A stretch of 63,741 bases of DNA, filler included, from Klebsormidium nitens (taxonomy: Eukaryota > Plantae > Klebsormidiophyceae): the NCBI GenBank assembly GCA_000708835.1. It is 5 parts of 5 records of this genome, joined end to end, with 100 filler letters (N's around TTAATTAATTAA, not from the genome) between each part and the next. Parts side by side here need not be neighbours in the genome. Positions count along the whole stretch, not along the records: positions 1 to 26,970 come from DF237817.1; 4 more parts are not named here. One strand, 5' to 3'. Below, in pieces: positions 11,901 to 22,900 of the stretch (position 1 is the first letter of the stretch; each line of letters begins with the position of its first letter). A model generated the notes under the pieces. It had not been told where the DNA came from. It saw nothing but the letters and a program-made list of their open reading frames with translations, and did not search any database. The translations under genes were made by a program, and so were the position numbers.

Positions 11901-14376
11901 CCGCGGTCCCGGGGCAGGGGCGGGTGAGAGTGGTGGAGGCGAGCGGAGCTGGCGGGGCAAGCCGGTGCGGCCCACCTTGCCGGACGAGTGGCCGCAGGCA
12001 GCGAGCGGGGAGGCGCTGTGTGCGGTGTGTGGGCAAGGGGAGTCGGCAGCGCCCAACGAGATCGTGTTTTGCGAGCAGTGCGGCGTGGCGGTGCATCAAG
12101 AATGCTACGGCGTGCGCACCATCCCGACGGGCCCCTGGTGGTGCCAGCCGTGCGCATACCAGCGCCAGCACCGCGGCCCTTCTGCTCCCGCCCTCGCGGC
12201 AATCCCGGGTGAGCCCCCGGGACGGGGCCACCCTGGGACGCAGTGCGCCCTGTGCCCTGGCCGGACGGGCGCCATGAAGCGGGCCACGGCAGCAGGCCCG
12301 GACGCGGCGCCGCGCTGGGTGCACGTCTTCTGCGCGCAGTGGATGCCGGGGACGAACCCGGGCAAGGGGGAGGGCGCGCTGGTGGAGGGGCTGGAGACCC
12401 TGGGGGCGGACTGCGCCAGCGCGCGCTGCAGCCTCTGTGGGAGCAAGCTGGGAGCGTGCCTCACGGTGAGAAATGCGGACAGGCTGAGGCCCCTTGCGAT
12501 AGTGCATCTGCGGATTGGGTAGGTTCGCGGAAGGCAGTGCCTTGCCATGCTGGCCGGCTGCGTACTCCAGGAGCGGGTGCCTCACGCTCCCGTTCGTTGT
12601 GTGCAGTGCTCTGCGGCACGCTGCTCCCACAAGTTCCACGCCTCCTGCGCCCGCAACGCCAGCCTGGCCATGACGCTCCAGGTAATGTCCGCCCCCATGC
12701 GGCGCTCGCCTGCCTGGCGCCATTGGCGTGACGCTTGGTGTCCCCTGCTGCTCTTCTCCTCGGGGGTGGCTCCCTTCTGCTGGCCGCAGCACCGTAGTGT
12801 GACGCCGTGTGCCTCGCTGGCCTGTGCAGTCCACTCCCGACGGCCGCCTGCTATACCACCAGTACTGCGAGCAGCACTCAGCGCACGGACAGGCGCCGCC
12901 CGGAAAGGTGGGTCCCCTTTTGGCGGCAGAGCACCCGCACCCCCACTGTTCGCTCTTGCTGCTCGGCGTGTCTCGTGGATGCGTCCGGGCCGGGCTCGGC
13001 CCGCGACCTTGTTGTGTATAGCACGCCAAGAGGCCTTGCTGGTGCAATCAGCTTGTTTATTGCTGTATCGTACGTCCCGCCTGGCGAGATGCATCAGGCC
13101 CACTATCCAATTCCTGCGCCACTCAAGTGTTGAGAATCGTAAACTTCGACGTGTCGAAGGAGACAGAGGGTATGGAAGACCCAACGTGAAGTAGCCGGAG
13201 CTGTGCGGGTCTTGGCTTGCGGTTGCTACTGACGGCCGACTCCGCTGAGAGTGGCATGGAAAATCCGGCGAGTTGCAGCTAGGACTGCCTGCGTCTCCTG
13301 CTTCAGTTTTGTTTCTGGGTTTCTAGGGTTCATCACTAGCTGCTCCTGACATTTCTTGCCTGTTCTGCCTCAGCCGTTGCTGCCTGTGACCGGCCCCTTG
13401 TTTTGCAGGAGCCCGGCCCTGCCGCTGCTCCCGACAAGGAGCAGCAGCTGGCGCAGCTCAAGATCGTCCGGGTACGCCTCCGCCGCTGCCTCTCGCCACT
13501 GCGTGCCCCACCCATGTTGGCGCTGGTCGTGCTGGTGCTGGATCTCCTTTGCCCCGGCTGGTGGGGGCCGTGCCTGCGGTGCCTCTGCCGTTGCTGCTGT
13601 GCATCTAATCAGTGCCTTGGCAGGTTTGTCTTTGACGTCTCTCCGTGCGGTTGTGTGGCAGGTCGAGTTTGAGCGCGTGCGCATGATCTGCGACCGCCTG
13701 ATGCGCCGCGAGAAGCTCAAGGTTAGGCCCCGCCGCCGCCCGCGTGGCCCTCCTTCAGCATGGCAAGAACCCCTTGAGACACGTCACTCTCCGGCGCCTT
13801 GCTCGGCCAGGCCCCTTGCTGCGACTGGTGGTGCGTCTGCGGCGCCGGCTGTGCCTGACACGTGGTGCTGTTTGTGTGTCGCAGCGCGAGCGGGTGCGCA
13901 CACTGCGAGAGCTGGGGTCGGCCCAGCTGGCCGCGGCGGCCCAGGCCGTAGCGGCGGCGGGGGGAGGCGACCCGGAGGACCGCAGCCCGACGGTGCGGCC
14001 GCAGCGGCAGAGGAAGGGCAAGGGGCGAGACGGCGCGAACGAGGGGGAGGGTGAGGGTTCGGCTCTAGGGGAGCCAGGCCCCGGCAGCAGCGGCAGGCCC
14101 ACCGACGAAGCCATGGGGCCGCATATCAGCGGGCCACGCACAAACCTGCACCAGAAGAAGCGGTCAGCCGCAGGAGAAGGGGCACGAGATGCCAAACGGG
14201 CGCGGCTGACTAAGCCGGCGCAGGAGAGGAAGATGGCCTCCCCCGCCAGCAGCCCGCACAGTAGGAAGCAGCATGCAAGCCCCGCGCAGGGGCCCTCCGG
14301 GGCAGACGGGCGGCTGGGCCCAGAGTGGGCCCACCGACAGGATGTTCACAGACAGGACACGCATGCTGGCTTCTAA
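5938..14376 (+). CDS. Double PZP (PHD-Zn knuckle-PHD) finger chromatin protein, BRPF/JADE-like, resembling plant At1g77800-type proteins; about 11 exons
   Basis: FWAQ|VEDYFR junction (6201/6778). PZP1 [31 protein letters not shown]...HLFCAQW...FHPLCAR...VELRAFCAKHS (7300-8740). Conserved APEDEVVGEL and AAATAAAAASPRN segments. PZP2 CAVCGQGESAAPNEIVFCEQCGVAVHQECYG...HVFCAQW...FHASCAR (12000-12900). Coiled coil VEFERVRMICDRLMRREKLK|RE. Start codon tentative. Confidence 0.85.
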
Positions 14377-15695
14377 GGACAGGGGCGGGTGCACATGGGA
14401 CGAGTGCTGGCTTTGTGCCCACGTGCTCTGCGTTTTGCCAAACAAATGCTCGAGGAGCCTGAAGCATATCAGGTGGCTGCATCCCACCTGAACGTGATAC
14501 ATGGATCTTCCGGCTGAGTCGTCTGCGCACAAACGTGTCGGCTCCTGTGTATCAAAGTCGCTCTTTCCTTTATCGAACGGTAGCTTTTTTTGACGTTCTT
14601 CATAAAGTAGGAAGTGTGGATGTGATCGAGAGTCTCCTGGCCGTCATCGAAATGCATGGGTCATGAAGAGAGCTCGAGCACATCAAGTAAAGCAGGAATG
14701 ATTGGATGATTATTTTAATGACATGTTCCTCCCAATTACGTCAGCAGAAGCGGGCATTTTTTATGACTTCCTCGCATGCAATCACAGTTGTGCAATGATG
14801 TTGACCATTTTCTTATTATACTACAAGTTGATTGGTTGATGGATTTTAAGGTCCGTTCGGGAGCCGCATTATAGATCTAATGATTGTTCTTTTATCTAAT
14901 TTAATAACTGTCGCTTTTGATAGAACAAAGTATTCAATTATATCATAAATCTTCCATCAGGCGGCCCTCGCTGTGCGGACGGACGCTGCAGGATATTTGA
15001 TATGCACGAACGGACTCTTTATGATAGCTTAGTGTATAGCTCATACTGACCGGCCCGGATTCGTACGGCCGGCCTCACGTCGCGCAGACTCGCTGACTCA
15101 TGCGGGATCCAGCCTGACCTGCATATGGCTGTGCCAAGCAATTTTGTATGTCGGGGCGCCCCGGCGGCAGCGGCGAGCCTAGGCGGCCCCCTCAGCAGTA
15201 ATACACTATAAGAGCATATCCTGTCTCATGCACCATATCGAAGAGAATCAAACAAGTTGGAGGTTTGAGTTCTGTGTATGCACGTCTCAAAACCTGCAAT
15301 TAGATTACATATGCGCATGAGTCGGGTACTAAGCTGCTTCAATATTGGATGGCATGCTCATTCTGCATTCTAAGTATGGCACTCATACCGTACGCCTGGA
15401 AAGAGCGCAGCTTAAAGATATGATAATTCCATTGCAGATTAAATGCATGAGGCTTGGAAGACGGACTCAGAAACAAGCTTCTAATTGTAATTAGACCAAA
15501 ATTCATTCTTGCTATCTTCAGTGCAGGACTTATAAGCAAGTAGTGGGCCGGATTGTGTAACCGGCTTTGCCAGTCGTATAACAGCCGCCCACTCAGATAA
15601 CATTCGCCAACTTTCGAAAAGTTAAATCAACTCGGTATACGCACTATACTAAATACTAAATGTAGTCAAAACATCATTCCGACGTGCAAAGGCGC

Positions 15696-15764
15696 TCGGA
15701 ACTCCAGTCCACGTAGCCGAGAATAATACTACATCGGAACTCCAGTCCACATAGCCGAGAATAA
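15696..15764. repeat. 38-bp-period tandem duplication
   Basis: tcggaactccagtccac(g/a)tagccgagaataa at 15696 and 15734. Confidence 0.9.
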
Positions 15765-15859
15765 ACTAAACCGCGGGCCCCCGAGTCCAGCTCGACTTCA
15801 TTGAGTGCCAATTCCATGGGCCCAGCCCTGCTTGGGTTTTAGGATTTTTAGCTATAGTT

Positions 15860-16330
15860 TAGATTTGTTTAGTTGATTTAACGTCGGTTCGGAGCTGTGG
15901 TCGGCTAAGTCGACGATTGTCTCTATTTGTATTTCTACATGCACTAAACTCGCTCTTAAAGCAAAGCTTAAGTGTAGATACTTTCCTTTCGCATACTTAT
16001 CCTGCAGATTAAGGAAGGACTTCAGATTCTTCTCTCCTCTCACCTCAAAGATGCAAGGGAAATATTTCCTAAGGTCCGTATACGCTGGGCATTTGTACAG
16101 GAAGTGACATTCGTCCTCTACTTCACCCGTTGCACAAAGAGCACAATACCTCTCTGCTCGAGGTTTTCCCTGCCAGGCTCCGGTTTCTATAGCCAAATTA
16201 TCATTGAGCTCCAAGTCTAAATTTGGCTAGCGCATGGAGAAACATGCTCTATTTGGTCTAAGTAGGGCTCATAGGAGTAGCCTTGCTTCACCTCCTCGAA
16301 GTAAGCTATAGGGGTAAATCAACTGCCAGA
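15860..16330 (-). mobile_element. Decayed 3' end of a non-LTR retrotransposon (LINE ORF2 C-terminal zinc knuckle)
   Basis: Frameshifted ALAKFRLGA / NLAIETGAW...RYCALCATGEVEDECHFLYKCPAYTDLR is the typical LINE ORF2 C-terminal CCHC region. It is followed by an aaatcaactaaacaaatc-type tail. Confidence 0.75.
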
Positions 16331-17285
16331 TGAGAAGACGGTGTGACTTTAGTTCCATATGCATGTTCTTTGGAACTTAACCGTCGACGTCCGTATATGG
16401 CCTGACGAACTCGCATATTGAATCAGGATTGAATCTACGAGTATACCGCCTATGGCTCAAAATGATGGTATTCGTTGTAGTACTATCTGCAGGCCATCAT
16501 TGCGGCATAGCCAGGCCCTGAAGAGCTGTAGCACCCACCACTGTTTGCAGGCCTTTTACTTGAGGGTTGGCGGCCCAGCGGCGCTAGCTAGCTAGACTGG
16601 CCGTCACTTTCAGATACGGCCGGGCATTTGGTAGCCCGGGCCGGGCCACAGACATTACAGTCACTGCGGTAGCCTTGTAGTACGACTATAGCAGAATGTA
16701 CACCCAATGCATCTATCCCCGCACACGCGCGCCTCATGCAGCCTCTTTTCCAACTTTCATGCAAGTCATGTATCACATCAGTCATGCTATGTACATGTTC
16801 GCATACATCAAAGAGAATTGATAAAATGAGCAGCATGCCGCCAGTGGCATGCATGGGCGATTGTCGCTTTGTCGCCATGGGTCCCACAAAACAGTCGAGG
16901 GCCAATCTTACATTTACCACACAAAGTAAATAGTGCAAGTCGTAGATTTGATTCAAACGACGACAAATGGCCTGGCACAGCCGGTGACAGTGTTTACTAA
17001 AGCTAAGATGGGTATTCACTGATTAGTCACACAGCCTAACCGAAAGCTGAACCCCACATGAACGAACTGATAGCCTCTCGCTCCTAGGAATTCGATGCAA
17101 AGTCTTTCAAAGAACTTGAGGCTTTAGCTCGCTCAAGCATGCAAGAGCAAATTGGCTAGTATTCAACACCCTGCTGCAATAAAATAGGCCACTCGGCCCT
17201 TCTGGTACAATCGACTTCCAGCACGTTATTTTGGCCCCCACTGCTGCGGCCAACGTACATGCTTCCGGCCATGTCCGCCTGCGCA

Positions 17286-19959
17286 CTACGCCTCACTCGG
17301 CTCGTAGTTGAGCATCTGCGAGAGCCAGCGCTCGGCGTCTTTGAGCGGCATGCCCTTGCGCGCTGCGTAGTCCGTCACTTGGTCCTGCCCGATTTTGCCC
17401 ACCGCGAAGTACTGGCTGTGCGGGCTCCCGAAGTACAGCCCCGAAACACTGCAACCCACACGTACCGGAATTAGGTACATCCGGCCGGCAACCATGTAAA
17501 AGCAACAGCCGACCAACGCGATGCCAGGGCCTACCACACGCGATTCAGGCGGCCAGTCCCCGACAAGGCGTTACCCCTGGGCCGCTGACCTTGCGTAGAG
17601 GTGAGCTTGGCAAAGGGCGCTCACCTGGCGGCGGGCAGCATGGCCATGGACTCGGTGAGACTGATGCCGGTGGTGTCGGCGGCGGCCATGAGCTTCCACA
17701 TGGTCTCCTTCTCGGTGTGGTCCGGCTGGCTGGGGTACCCCGGCGCAGGCCGGATCCCCGCGTAGCGCACCTTGAGCAGGTCCTCCGTGGAGAGCGCCTC
17801 GTCAGCGGCGTAGCCCCACACGGCCTTGCGCACCTCCGCGTGCAGCACCTCCGCAAACGCCTCGGCGAGGCGGTCCGCGAGCGCCTCTGCCATGATGTAG
17901 CTGTAGTCGTCATTGCGCGCCTTGAAGTCGGCCACCATGGCGTCCAGCCCGAAGCCGGTGCTGACGCAGAACATGCCCACCCAGTCCGCCACGCCGGCGC
18001 TCTTTGGCGCCACGAAGTCGGCCAGCGCCAGGTACGGCTCGTCCGTCTCCTTCTCGCTCTGCTGCCGCAGCGTGTGCAGCCGCGCCGCGACGGTGGTGCG
18101 CGTCTCGTCGGTGTACACCTCGATGTCGTCGCCAACCGCGTTGGCCGGATACAGCCCCACCACGCCGTGCGCGGCCAGCTTCTTGCCCGCCACGATGTCC
18201 GCCAGCATCGCCTGCACCACCGGCGCACGCCGCGCTCGGATCAGCCGAGTGCGCCGCCGCAGTCGAGCGGGCCAACTAAAGCAGAGCACAGCCAAACGAT
18301 TAAACTCTTGCAAAGCACCTCGGCACCGAACCCAGAGGACGCAAAGGAAATCTTTTCGAAAGGCAAACGCATGATGCCTCAGCTTGCAGCCGGACCAGTG
18401 TGTGACGTGAGCAGGCGGGCAGAGGGTATCTGCGTGCTGCCTCACCTGGGCCTCATCGAACAGCTTCTTGGCCTCGGCCCCTACGGTCTCGTCGTTGAAG
18501 ATCTTGGGGTAGCCACGGTTGGGGTAGCGGCCCCGCAGCTGCCACACCTGTCACACAGCCCCCCCTTGTCAATCCTTGGCGCTTGCAAATCGAGGGGCCA
18601 CTTCGGCCGCAAGGGGCTGCTAACTTAGTTTTTTTGCTACACGAGCTGCAGACGCCGTCCAGCATCAGCAGGAGCCTCCGGCGAGCACAAAGGGAAGCTT
18701 CCCTCGCTTCGGGCTGATGCGCTTTGGTATCGCGCGGGTGCTGACCTGGAAGAAGGGGTTCCAGTCGATGGCGTCCAGCAGCTGGTCCAGCGGGAAGTCG
18801 CGGTACACGGTGTTGCCCAGCTTGGCGGGGCGCACCGGCGCGTTGGCGGGCAGCTTCCAGTCGACCGCCAGGCCGGCGTCGCGCGCCTTGGCCAGGGGCA
18901 GGTACTTGCGGTCCTGCAGCCCCGCGTAGTGCTCCTCGCGCAGCTCCCTGCACGGACGCCACCCCGCGCAGCCTCAGCACGCGGGCCAGAAACAGGGGCC
19001 CCTTCCCGTCAAGCTGCTGACACGGCAAGCACTGGCAGGATCGGGGACGCCACTACCGGCGCCGGTCCCTTTTTAGTGTAGATTCCAAAGCCGCCTTGGT
19101 GCCACAAAGAGCGACTTTTGTGGGGGTGGGGTGTGGGCACTGACTTGTAGGTGTCGCGGATGTCTGCCGCGAAGTCGTCCCGCGCGGTGGGGTCCAGCAG
19201 GGACGAGACGACGGGCACGCTGCGGGACGCGTCCAGGACGTGCACCACGCTGCCGGCGTACTGCGGCTCCACCTTGACGGCGGTGTGCATGCGCGACGTC
19301 GTGGCGCCGCCGATCAGGAGCGGGATACGCAGCCCCTCGCGCTCCATCTCCTTGGCCACCGTCACCATCTCGTCCAGCGACGGCGTGATCAAGCCTGCGT
19401 GCACACCAGCAGTCGCCGTCAGCACCAAGACAGGCCGGCGTCAGTGATGCTGCGAGGCTGTGATGACCCTCAGGCTGCGGCTGCGGCCGCGGCTGCGGCC
19501 AGCAGCCCGACAGTGCTCGACGCACGGGCGTGCCTCCCGCTCAGGCAGGTGAGGGAAGTGGGGCAGAGTTGGGGCAGCCGCAGGACGGGCCGTGCGGTGC
19601 TGGGCGCGGGGGCGCGCTCACCGGAGAGGCCGAGGATGTCGGCCTTGTGCTCCTTGCAGGCCGCCAGGATTTTGGCGCAGGGGCACATGACGCCGAGGTC
19701 GACGACCTTGTAGTTGTTGCACCCCAGCACGACGGCCACGATGTTCTTCCCGATGTCGTGCACGTCGCCCTTGACGGTGGCCAGCACCACGGTGCCCGCC
19801 GTGCTGGCCTGCTCCGCCATGTCCGGGTTGGCCAGCAGCGCCGCCGCCTTCTCCTCCTCCATGTACGGAATGAGGTGCGCCACCGCGCGCTTCATCACGC
19901 GCGCGCTCTTGATGACCTGCGGCAAAAACATCTTGCCCGCGCCGAAGAGGTCGCCCACG

Positions 19960-19994
<35 letters not shown>

Positions 19995-22900
19995 GTGCAG
20001 CGGGCGCGCAAAGCGGCCGCCGGAGCGCGCCTCCTCCGTGTCGGCCACCACGTACTGGTCGATGCCCTTGACGAGCGCATGCGACAGCCGCTTCTCCACG
20101 GGCAGGGCGCGCCACTCGTCCTTGTTGCCGCCCACGGCCGCGCCAGCCTTGGGGTCCACCTTGGTCGCAAACTCCAGCATCTGGAACACCAGTACCCCAC
20201 GATCAGAAGGGGAATCGATGTGCAAAACCAGAAAGACAAGCATCTCGCCTTCCAGAGCTCTCCAGAACCAGTGTCCAGCACCCGACGTCCATGTGTGGCT
20301 ATGGGACGACTGAATTTTGATGCTAAAGGTCACCGATGCTCCCATCCAACTTACCTGACTTCGCCGCACATGTGGCAGGAACTTCGAAATAAGCAGCCAA
20401 GTATTCTCCTTGATTCGTTGTAAGAAGAGTCGAGAGATTGTCGTTGGTATTCTAGTACAATCTGCCCTGCTTTATGGCAAAGGCGAGCAGTGGAGGCGCT
20501 CATCAACAGGCGTTCAATTCTGATGGCCGCAAGACGCCAGAACAGCGACACCGGCCATGTTTCAGAGTGAGCGGCGCTTCGCAGTCACCCGCTCGGTAGC
20601 GTCGGGCCGCCTGTTGAGGATGCAGTCCTCGACGTGCGCCAGCAGGTCCTTGTCGATGTCGTCGTAGATGTCGATCTGGCCCGCGTTCACGATGCCCATG
20701 TCCATGCCGGCCTGGATCGCCCAGTACAGGAACGCACTGCACCAGCCGCCACGTGGCGTCAGCAACCCATGACACCAGGAGCGCCATCTCGCCGCCCCAT
20801 TGAGGAGCTTCAGGGAAGCGCAGGGCAGCGATTGCAGGCAGCAGGGGCCAGCATGGCACCTTGCGTCAGCAGGGGCGCCTCGGTAGTTGAGGAGCTGGCC
20901 AGGACGGGAGCCCTGCGTTTACCTGTGGAAGGCACGGCGCACAGGCTCGTTGCCACGGAAGGAGAAGGAGATGTTGGACACGCCGCCGCTGATCTTGGCG
21001 CCAGGGCAGATCTGCTTGATCTTGGTGGTCGCGCGGAAGAAGTCGACGGCGTAGTTGTTGTGCTCCTCCAGGCCGGTGGCGATGGTCAGGATGTTGGGGT
21101 CGAAGATGATGTCCTCCGGATTGAACGCGCACTCCTCCACCAGGATCTTGAACGCGCGCGCGCAGATGCGCACCTGGACACCGCACCACAGACAATGGTT
21201 TAAAGAAGGCAATGAACGACGAGGCCTCTGCTTGTGGTGAACAGCGTAGAATAAGACTTGCGGCACGCTGTCAGGGCATCCTCTGGCACTAATACGTGCA
21301 GCGCCTGCGAGAGCGCTCTGCCGGGGGACGTTGCCCGGTGCGAAGCGTGCGGGGCTGACCTTGTCGTACTCGGTGGCGGCCTGGCCGTCCTCGTCGAAGG
21401 CCATGACCACGACGGCGGCCCCGTGGCGGCGGCAGATCTTGGCGTGGCGCTTGAACTCGTCCTCGCCCACCTTGAGCGATATGGAGTTGACGATGCACTT
21501 GCCCTGGCTGCACTTGAGGCCCGCCTCCACAACGTGAAACTTGCTGCTGTCGATCATGAACGGCACCTTGCTCGCGTCCGGCTCCGAGACGAGCAGGTTC
21601 ACGAAGCGCGTCATGGCGGCCACGGAGTCGAGGAGGCCCTCGTCCATGTTGATGTCGATCACCTGCGCGCCCATCTCCACCTGCTTGATCGCAATCGCCA
21701 GCGCCTTGTCGTAGTCGCCCGCCAGCACCGCCTTCTTGAACACAATGCTGCCCGCCACATTGCACCGCTCTCCAATGTTAATGAACGGGATCGTCTCGGG
21801 CGTGTAGTTGAACGCCTCAAGCCCGCTAATGCGCAGCATGTTGCGCACAGACGGCACAGGGCGCGGCTTCTCCCCAGCAACCTGCACCACACGACACCCG
21901 TGGAAAGTCAGCACAAAGACGAGCACGCACACCAGTTTGCTCCGACCAATCGCTTGTCTTGGTGCGGACAAGAGAGCGGACGGTCCTCTGAGGAGCCAAC
22001 CAACAAGACATGCCTCCCTTCAAAAACGTTGCGGGCAAAGCCAAGCCTGAACAGTCCAACGTTCAGCATTGTTTTGGTGCGCCCAGCTGACCTCCTTCTG
22101 GGCCACAACAGCCACCGACTCTTCCAACCGCAGCATGCCTGAGCCCGCCAGTGTTGCTCACCATGTCGGCAATGGCACGGATGTGGTCAGGCGTCGTGCC
22201 GCAGCAGCCGCCAATGATGTTCACGAGGCCCCCCGTGGCAAAGTCACGCACGTTCTCCACCATCTGCGCAGGCGTCTCGTCGTACCCGCCCATGGCGTTG
22301 GGGAGCCCCGCATTGGGGTAGCAAAGCACGAACGTCTCGGCCAGCTCGCCCAGCGTCTTGATGTACGGCCGCATATCACGCGCCCCCAGCGCACAGTTAA
22401 GCCCCACAGCCACGGGGCGCGCGTGGCTGACGCTCACCCAGAAGGCCTCCCCGGTCTGGCCCGACAGCGTGCGGCCCGACTGGTCCACAATGGTCCCGCT
22501 GATCATAACGGGGACCTCGTAGCCCACCTCATCAAAGAACTCGTCAATTGCATACAAGGCAGCCTGCACACAGCCAGCCGTAAATTATTCGAGTGCCACG
22601 CGAGCGTGCAAGACGCAGTTGTCATGGCAGGCGCTGCCCACCATTGGAAATGCCTCCAAAGTCTGTGCCACAACCTGAACCTGGCAGCCTGAACCTGGCA
22701 ACCCGAACATGGCAACCCCAGTGCTGATGTCTATGCAACAGGCAGTGGCGAGATAAAGGATCAGGCTACCGAACGTGCATCCGTCAAAGTGCTCGCCTCA
22801 GCATGCGGCGTGCGGCGGCGTACCTTGGCGTTGAGGGTGTCGAAGATGGTCTCCACCAGGATGAGGTCCGCGCCCGCCTCCACCAGCGAGCGCACCTGCT

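Noticed and set aside
8892-13047. Long antisense and alternative-frame ORFs over GC-rich genes (also across METH, TML and BTAF1)
   Set aside because: Expected shadows of high-GC3 coding sequence, with low-complexity R/A/P/G translations.
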